A DNA stretch of 64,000 bases, from assembly GCA_013334745.1 (NCBI GenBank), contig JAAXWY010000003.1:19492-83491 (forward strand), written 5' to 3'. Position numbers and translations under genes: made by a program. The notes beneath the pieces are model-generated. The model was not told the origin of the DNA. It made no database searches and worked only from the letters and a program-made list of their open reading frames with translations. The stretch's first letter is position 1. Every line of letters starts with the position of its first letter. This document shows, piece after piece, positions 14,560-24,423 of the stretch. This DNA is from Coriobacteriia bacterium (GTDB lineage: Bacteria; Actinomycetota; Coriobacteriia; Anaerosomatales; JAAXUF01).

Positions 14560-16065
14560 ATGGGCAAGCACTCTCAGAGAAGGACTCTTGGCAGCGGCGG
14601 GGAGCGTCCCCGGCGCGAGCGTCCCGACGCGCGGCGCGTTCCTGCCGAGCGCAGGCGCACGCCGGGCGAGTCGTCGACCGCCGACGGAATGCACGCTGAC
14701 GCCGAGACATACCGCCTGTCGGACCCGAAGTCGCGTCGTCGCGGGTCGCTCGAGTCTGCACCGGCCCGTCTGCGCGTTGAGCGTGACAGGCGCCGTTCAA
14801 GAGCGAAGAAGATTGCGGTCGGCGTGTTCGCCGGCGCACTGGTGTTGCTCCTACTCGGCGCGGTCGGCGTGTTCGCCTATGCGAAGCACCTCGAACGCAC
14901 GATGCAGACGACCGTCGTCAACAAGCAGCAGCTCGACACGGTACTCACCGAGGCTAAGCCCATGGAGCCGTTCAACCTGCTGATCCTGGGTGCCGACTAC
15001 CGCAAGGGCGACACGGCCTATCGCACCGACTCCATGATCGTCGCGCACGTCGATCCCAAGGAGCAGAAGGTCTGGCTGCTCTCGATTCCGCGTGACACAC
15101 GCGTCGAGATCCCCGGTTACGGTGGTCAGAAGATCAATGCCGCGCACGCTTACGGCGGACCCGAGGGCGCCATCAAGGCGACTGAGCGGCTCACCGGACT
15201 CAAGATCAATCACTACCTTGAGGCCAACTTCCAGGGCTTCACCAAGGCGGTCGATGCGCTTGGCGGCGTGTGGGTCAACGTCCCGGTCGCCATCAACGAC
15301 ACCGAAGCCGACGCCACGAAGGGCGACAAGGCATCTCATATCGACAAGGGCTACCAGCTGCTCGACGGTCCCCACGCGCTGACGTTCGTGCGTGCGCGGC
15401 ACCAGTTCGCCGATCAGGACTTCGCCCGCATGCGCAACCAGCAGTTGTTCTTCAAGGCCCTCGCCGATCAGGTCGCCAAGATCGACAACATCGCCAAGCT
15501 GCCGAGCGTCGTGTCCGCCGTGGCGCCGTACATCTCCACCGACATGACGCTCGTCGACATGATCCGGCTTGCGCAGGCGCTCAAGGGCGCCGGCAGCAAG
15601 AATCTGTACGCCACTACGGTGAAGGGCACGTGGCGTTCGCCGTTCGTGTGGACCGATGAGGCGTATCTGAAGAAGGCCATCACCGCCATCAAGAATGGTG
15701 AGCCGTTCGTCAAGCCGAAGGTCAAGAAGGCCGCGACTGTCGCCAAGAAACCAGCCGACGTGACCGTGACCGTTCGCAACGGATCGGGCATCTCAGGGGT
15801 CGCGAATCAGGCGGCGAGCATCCTGAAGGCCAAGGACTTCAAGATCAAGGACGTGGGCAACGCCGGTCAGAACGTCTACAAGAAGACGCTCATCATCTAC
15901 AAGACCGACAAGGCCGCCGCGACGCTCGTCTCGCAGTATCTGCCACCCGGCACGACAATCGTGCAGAGCCGAGGCATGTACTCCTACACGGGGCAGATAC
16001 TCGTCGTCGTTGGCAAGGACTGGGACGTCAGCAAAGTACCTGCTGCGACAGTGATCACTCAGTAG
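14560..16065 (+). CDS. LytR-CpsA-Psr (LCP) family cell-wall polymer ligase with LytR_C-like tail
   Basis: Arg-rich cytoplasmic N-terminus and one TM helix. LCP core LLILGADYRKGDTAYRTDSMIVAHVDP...LLSIPRDT...INAAHAYGG. The C-terminal VTVRNGSGISGVANQAA resembles a LytR cell-envelope C-terminal domain. Confidence 0.9.
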   Translation: MGKHSQRRTLGSGGERPRRERPDARRVPAERRRTPGESSTADGMHADAETYRLSDPKSRRRGSLESAPARLRVERDRRRSRAKKIAVGVFAGALVLLLLGAVGVFAYAKHLERTMQTTVVNKQQLDTVLTEAKPMEPFNLLILGADYRKGDTAYRTDSMIVAHVDPKEQKVWLLSIPRDTRVEIPGYGGQKINAAHAYGGPEGAIKATERLTGLKINHYLEANFQGFTKAVDALGGVWVNVPVAINDTEADATKGDKASHIDKGYQLLDGPHALTFVRARHQFADQDFARMRNQQLFFKALADQVAKIDNIAKLPSVVSAVAPYISTDMTLVDMIRLAQALKGAGSKNLYATTVKGTWRSPFVWTDEAYLKKAITAIKNGEPFVKPKVKKAATVAKKPADVTVTVRNGSGISGVANQAASILKAKDFKIKDVGNAGQNVYKKTLIIYKTDKAAATLVSQYLPPGTTIVQSRGMYSYTGQILVVVGKDWDVSKVPAATVITQ

Positions 16066-16144
16066 CGTAGCGTCACTGACGAAATCGCAGGTCATTGCCT
16101 ATACTAGGGCGAAGTACCTCGCTGCCGTCCGTAAGGAGCCGCCT

Positions 16145-17851
16145 GTGAGCCGGCGCGATTCTCGCCTCGTCTTCTTGATCGTGCTTGGTTTCGCGCTCGC
16201 GCTCTCATCGGCTCCCGCCGCGCTGGGCGCTTGGCCGGGCGGCGTGCAGCAGGTGGCAGTCCCAACCGAGCGAATCGTGGGTGCGGACGTGTTCGACTCG
16301 GCTGTGCTCGTCGGGGCGCGGCAGTATCCCGGTTGGGCCGGCGTCGAGCACGTCGTCGTCGCATCCGGCGAACCCGCCGCGCTCGCCGACGCTGCGATTG
16401 CGCAGAGCCTGTGTTGGGCCTACGACGCGCCGCTACTGCTCGTGAAGTCCACGAGTGTGCCGGCGGCCACGCGCGTGGCGCTGCAGCAGATCGCCTCGGT
16501 CAACCCCGGCCTCACCGTTCACGTCGTCGGTTCCTCCTCGACGATTCGCGCCGCCAGCCTCGCGCAGGTTCAGTCCGCGGCAAGCACGGCGACTGTCGAG
16601 CAGCCATGGAAGACAGTCACGAGATCCTCGCTCGCCGCGGCCGTAGCCGGTCGCACGCGCGAAGTGGCGGCTGCGACTTCTCGTAGCATCCCTGCGGTCG
16701 CGCTGGTCGCGAACACGGGGGACAATCCCGAGCTGGTGTGGGATGCGATAGTCGCCTCTGCGATCTCACGGCACACCGGCATACCGCTTCTCGTGACCGG
16801 TTCGCGCACAGTCCCGCTTGCGACCTCAAGCGCTCTCTCGGCCGCCGGCTTCCCGAGAGTGGTGGTCATCGGCGGGACCCGATCGATCAGCTCGGGGGCG
16901 TACGGCCAGCTTCACGCGAGCGAGCGATGGGGTGGGGCCAACCTGAGTTCGACGGCGGCCATCGTGGGCTCCAAGTCCACGTCCCTCGGTTACAGCAGCA
17001 TCGCGACGGTCGGCGTGGCCGCGGTTCAGGGTCATGCGGCCGTGGGGGCCGGACTCGTCGGTTCGCAGGGTGGCGTGATGCTGTTCAGTGGTAAGGCGCG
17101 TGTCGCGCGGCCAACGTGGTCGCTGCTTGCTGCGAACTCGGGGGCGCTTTCGCAGGCTTACGTATTCGGTGGTGGTTCGATCGACGAAGCCCAGGTCCGT
17201 GAGCTGCGGGGAGACGCCGCGCGCCCGTGGCTTGCGAGCGATGCGCCGGGCCGCTACGTCGCCAAGCGCTTCAGGGTCACCGGCTGGGTGGGCGGAAATA
17301 CCACGAGCATCTCGATCAAGGTCGACGGCAAGCGGGTCGCGGGCGCGACACTCGCACCGTGGCAGCGGTTCAACTTCACTGCGATCCCGATGTCGGGTTC
17401 ATCGGCCAGAGTCGAGGTCGTCGCCGAGAATCCCGACGGGCGAGACACGGCATCGGGACGCACGGTCAAGCGTCTCCGATACCCAGCGGCTACGTGCATC
17501 GTGATCGATAAGTCGGACTTCAAGTTGTACTGGGTCAAGGACAACCGGCTCGTGAAGGCGTATCCGATCGCCATCGGGCGGGCTGGCATGGAGACCCCTG
17601 CCCCGGCCACCTGGAAGATCCTCGCGAAGTACCACACGAGCCCGGGAAGCGTGTACGGGCCGCGCAAGATGCGGCTGTTTCGTCAGCGCGGCGGGCACTA
17701 CTCGTTCACCGCTTACGGAATCCACGGAACGAACCAAGAGTGGGTGATCGGAACCAAGGCGAGCCACGGCTGCATTCGCATGTACAACCGCGACGTGCTC
17801 AAGCTGTTCCCGCAGGTGCCGATGGGCACGCTCGTCTTCACGAGGCAGTAG
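16145..17851 (+). CDS. Secreted protein: three CWB2-type cell-wall-binding repeats fused to a YkuD L,D-transpeptidase domain
   Basis: GTG after AAGGAG and a signal peptide ...SSAPAALGA. Three ~100-aa repeats follow the CWB2 pattern (R..G.D....A......PLLL....VP......L......V.V.GG...I). The C-terminus has YGIHGTN...SHGCIRM, the L,D-transpeptidase catalytic motif. Confidence 0.85.
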   Translation: MSRRDSRLVFLIVLGFALALSSAPAALGAWPGGVQQVAVPTERIVGADVFDSAVLVGARQYPGWAGVEHVVVASGEPAALADAAIAQSLCWAYDAPLLLVKSTSVPAATRVALQQIASVNPGLTVHVVGSSSTIRAASLAQVQSAASTATVEQPWKTVTRSSLAAAVAGRTREVAAATSRSIPAVALVANTGDNPELVWDAIVASAISRHTGIPLLVTGSRTVPLATSSALSAAGFPRVVVIGGTRSISSGAYGQLHASERWGGANLSSTAAIVGSKSTSLGYSSIATVGVAAVQGHAAVGAGLVGSQGGVMLFSGKARVARPTWSLLAANSGALSQAYVFGGGSIDEAQVRELRGDAARPWLASDAPGRYVAKRFRVTGWVGGNTTSISIKVDGKRVAGATLAPWQRFNFTAIPMSGSSARVEVVAENPDGRDTASGRTVKRLRYPAATCIVIDKSDFKLYWVKDNRLVKAYPIAIGRAGMETPAPATWKILAKYHTSPGSVYGPRKMRLFRQRGGHYSFTAYGIHGTNQEWVIGTKASHGCIRMYNRDVLKLFPQVPMGTLVFTRQ

Positions 17852-17916
17852 GCGTCGCGCACGCCCCGCTGGGGCATAATCCAACTCAATCGCACACCCA
17901 TTCGGGAGGAGTTCCC

Positions 17917-18729
17917 ATGACTGACGATTTCGTCGTGCCCGTACCCGCGGCACTGGCCGAGATAGAGCCCGTCGACGTCGCAATGATCCTCGGCTCGGGT
18001 CTGGCGGGCCTGGCCGACGTCGTTGAGGATCCGCACGTCGTGCCGTACGCCGATATCGATGGGTTCCCCACGCCCGAGCATCACGTCGTGGGGCACGCCG
18101 GGCAGCTTGTGCTCGGCACATTGGCAGGGGTGCGCGCTGCGGTGTTCCAGGGGCGCGTACACCGCTATCAGGGCTTCTCGGCGCGCGATGTCGCCTACCC
18201 GGTCCGGCTTGCGCATGCCATCGGCGCGAAGACGCTCATCGTCACCAACGCCGCCGGCGGGATCTCGCCGTCACTTCGGGTGGGCGACGTGGTGCTCATC
18301 AGCGATCACATCAACCTCACCGGCGACAGCCCGCTAGTCGGCTGGCCCGGGCCGCAGGGCGGCACACCGTTCGTGCCGATGCGAGACGCATACGACCCCG
18401 AGCTGCGCGAGATCGCGCTCATCGCCGCAGCCGAGTCCGGCATGCCGCTCGTGCCTCAAGGCCGCTACGCCGGTCTGCTCGGCCCCGCGTACGAGACACC
18501 GGCGGAAGTAGCCTATCTGCGCGCGATCGGCGCCGACATCGTGGGTATGTCGACGGTGCCGGAGGTCATCGCGGCACGCGCCCTTGGGATGCGGGTTCTC
18601 GGCATGTCGCTGGTCACGAACGTGGCGGCCGGGGTGGGCCTCGATCACCAGGAGGTCCTCGAGGCCGGCAAGGCCGCCGCGCTTCGTATGCAGTCGCTTG
18701 CACTTGCTATACTTGCGCGGTTGCCGTAA
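17917..18729 (+). CDS. Purine nucleoside phosphorylase / MTA phosphorylase family (trimeric PNP type)
   Basis: ATG at 17917 after GGGAGGA. Motifs ILGSGLAG, GRVHRYQGF, VTNAAGG and GMSTVPEVIAA. The ORF-track start at 17740 overlaps the previous gene. Confidence 0.9.
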   Translation: MTDDFVVPVPAALAEIEPVDVAMILGSGLAGLADVVEDPHVVPYADIDGFPTPEHHVVGHAGQLVLGTLAGVRAAVFQGRVHRYQGFSARDVAYPVRLAHAIGAKTLIVTNAAGGISPSLRVGDVVLISDHINLTGDSPLVGWPGPQGGTPFVPMRDAYDPELREIALIAAAESGMPLVPQGRYAGLLGPAYETPAEVAYLRAIGADIVGMSTVPEVIAARALGMRVLGMSLVTNVAAGVGLDHQEVLEAGKAAALRMQSLALAILARLP

Positions 18730-18784
18730 CGCAGGCGAGCGCATCCCGCGCCCCTGCTTGAACGACTCGTAAGGAGCCTCCACC

Positions 18785-20044
18785 ATGGATCATCACGTCA
18801 AGGACCTGGCCCTCGCAGCTGCCGGTAAGGCGCGCATCGAATGGGCCGACGCCGACATGCCGGTGCTCGCCACCATTCGCGAGCGTTTCGAGGCCGAGAA
18901 GCCGCTCGACGGCATCCGCATCAGCGCGTGTCTGCACGTCACCACCGAGACCGCGAACCTGATGCGCACGCTCAAGGCCGGCGGCGCCGACATCGTGCTG
19001 TGCGCGAGCAATCCGCTCTCGACGCAAGACGATGTGGCCGCTGCGCTCGTCGCCGAGTACGGCATCCGCACCTACGCCATCAAGGGCGAGGACACCGAGA
19101 CCTACTACTCGCACATCGACTCCGCCATCGCGCACAAGCCGCAGATGACGATGGATGACGGCGCCGACGTCGTGGGACGCATTCATGCCGAGCAGCCCGA
19201 GATGCTCGAGTACATCATCGGCGGCACGGAAGAGACCACCACCGGTGTCATCCGACTTGCGGCGATGGCCGCTGACGGCATGCTCAAGTACCCGATCATG
19301 GCGGTCAACGAGGCCAAGACCAAGCACCTCTTCGACAACCGCTACGGCACGGGCCAGTCCACTCTGGACGGCATCATCCGCGCCACGAACCGCCTGCTCG
19401 CCGGCCGCACTCTGGTCGTGTCGGGCTACGGCTGGTGCGGTCGCGGAATCGCCATGCGTGCTGCGGGTATGGGCTCCAACGTCATCGTGCTGGAGATCGA
19501 TCCGCTCAAGGCGCTCGAGGCTGTCATGGACGGCTATCGTGTCATGCCGGCAGTCGAGGCCGCCAAGGTCGCTGATGTCTGGGTGACCGTCACCGGTGAC
19601 CTCAACGTCATCGACGGCGACTCGTTCGCTGCGATGAAGGACGGCGCAATCATCTGCAACTCGGGCCACTTCAACGCCGAGATCAACATCCCCACGCTGC
19701 GCGAGATGTCAGTCTCCGAGCGCGAGGTTCGCCCGCTGGTCGAGGAGTTCACGATGGCCGACGGCCGTCACATCTACCTGCTCGCCGACGGTCGCCTCGT
19801 GAACCTGTCGTGCGCCGAAGGCCATCCGGCCAACGTCATGGACATGAGCTTCGCCAACCAGGCGCTGGCCGCTGAGTACATGGTCGAGAACTGCAAGGAC
19901 CTCAAGCCGGGCGTCTACGACGTTCCGGAGGATATCGACGCCGGCATCGCCAAGCTCAAGCTCGAAACGATGGGCGTCAAGATCGACACGCTCACCCCCG
20001 AGCAGGCCAAGTACCTCGCGAGCTGGCAGGAAGGCACGGTCTAG
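18785..20044 (+). CDS. ahcY: Adenosylhomocysteinase
   Basis: 419 aa. The sequence is typical SAH hydrolase throughout ([29 protein letters not shown]-binding motif). Confidence 0.97.
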   Translation: MDHHVKDLALAAAGKARIEWADADMPVLATIRERFEAEKPLDGIRISACLHVTTETANLMRTLKAGGADIVLCASNPLSTQDDVAAALVAEYGIRTYAIKGEDTETYYSHIDSAIAHKPQMTMDDGADVVGRIHAEQPEMLEYIIGGTEETTTGVIRLAAMAADGMLKYPIMAVNEAKTKHLFDNRYGTGQSTLDGIIRATNRLLAGRTLVVSGYGWCGRGIAMRAAGMGSNVIVLEIDPLKALEAVMDGYRVMPAVEAAKVADVWVTVTGDLNVIDGDSFAAMKDGAIICNSGHFNAEINIPTLREMSVSEREVRPLVEEFTMADGRHIYLLADGRLVNLSCAEGHPANVMDMSFANQALAAEYMVENCKDLKPGVYDVPEDIDAGIAKLKLETMGVKIDTLTPEQAKYLASWQEGTV

Positions 20045-20048
20045 CACG

Positions 20049-21389
20049 ATGAGCGACGAGACCAAGCCCACTTCAGGTATCGACAACATCCCGCGCACCA
20101 TCTGGTGGGGCGAGGACGAGACCACCGGACGCCCTGTCGTCTACATGGTCGACCAGACCCGTCTCCCGCTGCAGGGTGACATCCTTGCGTGCAACATCGC
20201 CGACGGCGTCTGCCTTGCGATCAAGACGCTCGCGGTTCGCGGCGCGCCCGCTCTCGGCGTTGCCGGAGCATTGGCGCTCGCGCTGTGGACCGAGAACGAG
20301 TCCGAGGAGTTCGAGACTGTCGGCGAGTACCTCGAGGCGCTCGATGCGGTTTCTGAGACCGTCTCCACCGCCCGGCCCACAGCCATCAATCTCATGTGGG
20401 GCGTCCAGCGCATCCGGCTGCTCGCGCATGAGAACGCGGACATGCCGCTCGGCGAGCTGAAGGAGCTCGTCGTCCAAGAGGCGCTCAACATGCAGGCCGA
20501 GGACGAGGAGCGCAATCGCACGCTCGGGCGCTTCGGTGCCGACCTGCTTCCCGACAAGGCCAAGGTGCTGACTCACTGCAACGCCGGCTCGCTCGCGACC
20601 GCGTATTTCGGCACAGCACTCGGCGTGATCTTCACCGCCCATGAGGACGGGAAGATCGAACACGTGTGGGTCGATGAGACGCGTCCGGTGAATCAGGGTG
20701 GACGGCTTACCGCGTGGGAGCTGCGTCTGGCCGGCGTTCCCTCTGCGCTCATCGCCGACAACATGGCCGCCAGCGTCATGAAGAGCGGGTGGGTTGATGC
20801 CGTCATCGTCGGCGCCGACCGCATCTGCGCAAACGGCGACACCGCGAACAAGATCGGCACCTACGGGTTGGCGATTCTCGCGGCCGAGCACGACATCCCG
20901 TTCTACGTCGCCGCCCCGAGTTCGACGATCGATTTGACGCTGTCTTCGGGCGATCAGATTCCCATCGAGGAGCGCGATCCGCGCGAACTGACCGGCTTCA
21001 CCGTCGCCGGCACATTCGAGCCCGACAGCCCCGAGGCCTCTCGCGCATTCGATGCGCTGACCAAGGACGGCGCGTACGAGATGCCCATGGCTCGAGGGCA
21101 TCAGATGACACTGCACCGCAAGGGCGGCGGCTACAGCTTCGACGCCTGGTTCAAGGTCACGCCGCCGGGCATCGAGGTCTACAACCCGGCTTTCGACGTT
21201 ACCCCGTCCAACTACATCACCGCCATCATCACCGAGCGTGGCGTGATTCGCCCCGAGCCGGACTTTGAGACCGCGATCTCGCTCGCCACGATGGGCAGCG
21301 GCGCTATCCACGAGATCGGTATGCGCCGCGAAGTGCGCGAGCTTCTCGAGGACGACCCGATCTTCGGGGCTGACGTCGACCTCCTGTAG
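20049..21389 (+). CDS. mtnA: S-methyl-5-thioribose-1-phosphate isomerase (eIF-2B alpha/beta/delta family), unusually long
   Basis: Motifs VDQTRLP, LAVRGAPALGVAGA, THCNAGSLAT and GADRICANGDTANKIGTY. 446 aa, with an internal insertion before NPAFDVTP and a C-terminal tail. Confidence 0.88.
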   Translation: MSDETKPTSGIDNIPRTIWWGEDETTGRPVVYMVDQTRLPLQGDILACNIADGVCLAIKTLAVRGAPALGVAGALALALWTENESEEFETVGEYLEALDAVSETVSTARPTAINLMWGVQRIRLLAHENADMPLGELKELVVQEALNMQAEDEERNRTLGRFGADLLPDKAKVLTHCNAGSLATAYFGTALGVIFTAHEDGKIEHVWVDETRPVNQGGRLTAWELRLAGVPSALIADNMAASVMKSGWVDAVIVGADRICANGDTANKIGTYGLAILAAEHDIPFYVAAPSSTIDLTLSSGDQIPIEERDPRELTGFTVAGTFEPDSPEASRAFDALTKDGAYEMPMARGHQMTLHRKGGGYSFDAWFKVTPPGIEVYNPAFDVTPSNYITAIITERGVIRPEPDFETAISLATMGSGAIHEIGMRREVRELLEDDPIFGADVDLL

Positions 21390-21398
21390 AGAGCTGCC

Positions 21399-22316
21399 AT
21401 GACCTCTTCCGCCCTCACGACGACGATCCTCACGTTCACGGTGATCGTCGCTGTGGGGGCGGTTCTGCGTTGGGCGAAGGTACTCAGGCGCGAAGACGCC
21501 AAGCCGATCAATGCCGTCATCATCTACGCCGGGCTGCCCGCGTTCATTTTCCGTGCAGTTCACGGCGCACAGATCGGAGCCGGGCTCTGGCGCGTAGTGC
21601 TCGTCGCATGGACCGTGTTCGCGGTCATGGCGGTCGTCTCGTGGGCGATCACGCGGGCTTTCAGAATGCCGCCGCGCACCGCCGGAGCCTTCATTATCGC
21701 GACCGCTCTGGGTAACACCGGCTACATCGGCTATCCGGTGACGCAAGCGTTGTTGGGTGCCGAGGCACTGCCCGTCGCGATCTTCTACGACGTGTTCGGT
21801 ACTGTGGTCGCGCTGGTGTTCGTGGGGCTTGCAGTGGCGCAGCACTTCGGCGAGCACGATGAGTCTCGGGTCAACCCACTTCGCGAGTTGCTGACGTTTC
21901 CCGCAGTCGCGGCGTTGCTGCTGGCTCTCGCGCTTCGGCCGTTCCCGATTCCGGAAGCGGTCAACTCCGGGTTAGGACTGCTTGCGAGCATGGTCGCGCC
22001 GCTCATCATGCTGTCAGTCGGGCTGTCGTTGCGGGTCGGCGAGATCGGAAGGTCAGCCGTTCCTTTGGCTGTACTCAGCGGGCTTCGATTGGTTGTCGCG
22101 CCTGCCCTCGCATTCGGCCTCGGGATGCTGCTGCTCGGGCCCGGTGTGCCGCTGAGGGTCACCGTCCTTGAGGCAGGTATGCCAACGATGATGCTCACGC
22201 TGATGGTGGGGGAACGTTTCGGGCTCGACACGGACTTCATCGCGTCGGCGATCTTCGTCACGACGGCTCTCTCGGCGGTCGCCCTGCCGCTGGTGCAGCT
22301 GGCCGCGTTCTCGTAG
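21399..22316 (+). CDS. AEC (auxin efflux carrier) family permease
   Basis: 305 aa with about 10 TM helices. The N-terminal pattern (INAVIIYAGLPAFIF) is typical of the Mem_trans family. Confidence 0.8.
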   Translation: MTSSALTTTILTFTVIVAVGAVLRWAKVLRREDAKPINAVIIYAGLPAFIFRAVHGAQIGAGLWRVVLVAWTVFAVMAVVSWAITRAFRMPPRTAGAFIIATALGNTGYIGYPVTQALLGAEALPVAIFYDVFGTVVALVFVGLAVAQHFGEHDESRVNPLRELLTFPAVAALLLALALRPFPIPEAVNSGLGLLASMVAPLIMLSVGLSLRVGEIGRSAVPLAVLSGLRLVVAPALAFGLGMLLLGPGVPLRVTVLEAGMPTMMLTLMVGERFGLDTDFIASAIFVTTALSAVALPLVQLAAFS

Positions 22317-22339
22317 CGAGGCAGCCGACGCGCGCGGAG

Positions 22340-23020
22340 GTGCGCGTGGGACTGTTCGACGACATCGCGGAACTGCTCTTCCCGACGCGTTGCGCCGGCT
22401 GCGAGCTGCCGGGTGCACTGCTGTGTGACCGCTGCATCGCTGCGTTGCCTCGCGTGGAGCTTTCGGGCGCCTGTCCACGGTGTGGCGCGCCGTACGGGCT
22501 GTTCGTGTGCACCGAATGCTGGGACCGAGAGTGGGCGTTCTCGGCTGGCGTCGCGTTCGGTGAGTTCGAGCCTCCGCTGGCGCGGGCGGTTGTGCTGCAC
22601 AAGGATGCGGGGGAACGAAGGCTCGCCCAGGTACTCGGGAGCATGCTCGCCACGCAGATCGCGGCCGCGTGGCCGGACTGGCCGAACGGCGTCGCCTTCG
22701 TGCCCGCGACCCGAGCCGCGCTTCGCCGCCGAGGCTTCGACCACGGCCGGGCAATCGCTGATGCCGTCGCCCACGAGCTCGGAGTGCCGATGCTCGAGTG
22801 CCTGACGCGGTCTCGCGCCCGTGACCAGCGCACGCTTGGTCGCGAGGCGCGTGCGGCGAACGTCGCAGGAACTGTAACAGCGACTGCGGACGTCTCGGGT
22901 CGCATCCTGCTTACCGACGATGTCTTCACGACCGGTGCCACGCTCGATGCGGCTGCCGCAGTGCTGTTGGCTGCCGGCGCACAGGAGGTACGGGTCGCCG
23001 CGGTGGCCAGGACGTGGTGA
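22340..23020 (+). CDS. comF: ComF-family phosphoribosyltransferase-like protein
   Basis: N-terminal 4-Cys pattern (CAGC...CDRC...CPRC...CTEC) and C-terminal PRTase loop ILLTDDVFTTGATL. The start may be the second GTG at 22346, 5 nt after GGAGG. Confidence 0.85.
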   Translation: MRVGLFDDIAELLFPTRCAGCELPGALLCDRCIAALPRVELSGACPRCGAPYGLFVCTECWDREWAFSAGVAFGEFEPPLARAVVLHKDAGERRLAQVLGSMLATQIAAAWPDWPNGVAFVPATRAALRRRGFDHGRAIADAVAHELGVPMLECLTRSRARDQRTLGREARAANVAGTVTATADVSGRILLTDDVFTTGATLDAAAAVLLAAGAQEVRVAAVARTW

Positions 23021-23045
23021 GCGGCGGCTCCGGCCGAGGGTCGCG

Positions 23046-23054
23046 TGCTAGAAT
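23046..23054 (+). promoter_or_regulatory. Extended -10 promoter element TGCTAGAAT
   Basis: Matches TGnTAnAAT. The same TAGAATCG string recurs upstream of secA at 35985. It would start a leader of about 275 nt before the binding-protein gene. Confidence 0.4.
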
Positions 23055-23335
23055 CGTCCACGTTCCCGCCCGGGTCTGTGGTTGCGGGCGCGCGAGTGCC
23101 TTAGTCCATGGTAGATGCGGCCGAAAGGATCCACGTAAGCCGGCGGTTTTCCGTCGCGCGAGCATGGCGCATCTTAGGGGTAAGTCGTACCGCCCGATGA
23201 AAGCCGCATACCGCGGCTTCGGGCGAGAGGGCCGGTAGTGAGATCACATCAAGCGGAAGCTCCAGTATGCGAGTGTGGGGCCAAAGACCAGGTCAGCCGG
23301 GCGGGAGCATTGATTTCACATTTGGAAGGGGCGTC

Positions 23336-24211
23336 ATGGCGCAAGTGAGACGTGCAGGGGTCGTATCGGCGGCGGTGGTGGCACTTGCCGCCTTGCTCGT
23401 CGTGGCCGGATGCAGCAAGCCCAAGGAAGTCGAGCTGCAGCCTAAGGTTGCTCCGCCTGTGGTCAAGGAAGCCGGCGTTCTTCGCGCAGGCGTGGACATC
23501 GACTACCCGCCGTTCGGCGGCACCGATCAGGGCCAGCAGGCCGGCCTGGACATCGACGTCGCCGCAGCGCTCGCAGAGCGGCTCGGCCTGAAGCTCGTGG
23601 TCGTTCCCGTGGTTGCCTCAGAGGCCGCCACTGCACTCGCCGCCGGTACCGTGGACATCGTGATGTCGGTTCCGTTCACAGCCGAGTCACTGTCAAACGT
23701 CACGCTCGCGGGCTCCTACCTCTCAAACGCCCCCGGGTTCTTCGTGGCCACCGAATCGACGGCGCCGGTCGAGCCTACGCTTACCATGGCCACGCTCCCG
23801 CCCGCGCCCGAGAAGGTCGGCGCTCAGCGTTCCTCGGACGCGTACTGGAAGTTGCTGCGCGAGCTGGGAGAAGAGGGCGTGTCGGCATACCCGACTCTGC
23901 GAGAGGCTTTCGACGCACTATCTCGCGGCGAGGTCACGGTCATCGCGGGCGACACCCTGGTCGGCGCGTACATCGGACGAGACTATCCGCTCGTGCACTT
24001 CGCGGGCCAACTTGAGTCGGCCACTCTTCTCGGCGTGGGGGTCGTGCCCGAGAACGAGGAGCTCACGACGGCCACACGAGAGGCGCTCGATGGACTGGCC
24101 GCCGATGGCGTGCTGGCTACCCTGCGCACCAAGTGGGTCGGGGATCTGGCGAAGCTCGAGGTTGCCGAGACCGCGGGGTCCGGCGCGACCACCGCGACAG
24201 CGGCACCGTAG
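23336..24211 (+). CDS. Amino-acid ABC transporter substrate-binding lipoprotein (SBP family 3)
   Basis: ATG at 23336 after GGAAGGGG. Lipobox LLVVAGCS. The GVDIDYPPFG motif is typical of polar amino-acid binding proteins. Confidence 0.88.
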   Translation: MAQVRRAGVVSAAVVALAALLVVAGCSKPKEVELQPKVAPPVVKEAGVLRAGVDIDYPPFGGTDQGQQAGLDIDVAAALAERLGLKLVVVPVVASEAATALAAGTVDIVMSVPFTAESLSNVTLAGSYLSNAPGFFVATESTAPVEPTLTMATLPPAPEKVGAQRSSDAYWKLLRELGEEGVSAYPTLREAFDALSRGEVTVIAGDTLVGAYIGRDYPLVHFAGQLESATLLGVGVVPENEELTTATREALDGLAADGVLATLRTKWVGDLAKLEVAETAGSGATTATAAP

Positions 24212-24423
24212 GCGGCGTCAACTGCACTGCTCGTGTATCGCCCCGGTACGCACCTGTGCGTGTATCGAACGGCTGCTGCATACAATCGACCCTTGCATGG
24301 ATACGCACGAGCGCGCGTTTGCGCTCGCAGAAACGGTGTAGGATTATGCAGCGTAAGTCAGGAGGGGGCGTTCGCCATCAAGCATGGCGTTCGTCACCTT
24401 GTCAGGTTCGACAAGGAGGAAAG

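Noticed and set aside
20073-21857. 594-aa minus-strand ORF opposite mtnA and the AEC permease
   Set aside because: Same high-GC antisense artefact. It has no motifs, is Arg/Asp-rich, and overlaps two well-supported + strand genes.
23170-23200. T-box-like string (TTAGGGGTAAGTCGTACCGCCCG versus the T-box core ...GGGTGGTACCGCG)
   Set aside because: No upstream stem I, specifier loop or AGAGA/K-turn elements appear in the right order. The resemblance is limited to GTACCGC.
23287-23296. ACCAGGTCAG, identical to the first 10 nt of the conserved SRP (4.5S) RNA helix-8 segment
   Set aside because: The following bases do not form the GGAA-tetraloop or AGCAGCC symmetric-loop pattern, and no complementary 3' strand is present. 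It sits in the leader just before an SD. I judge it coincidental.
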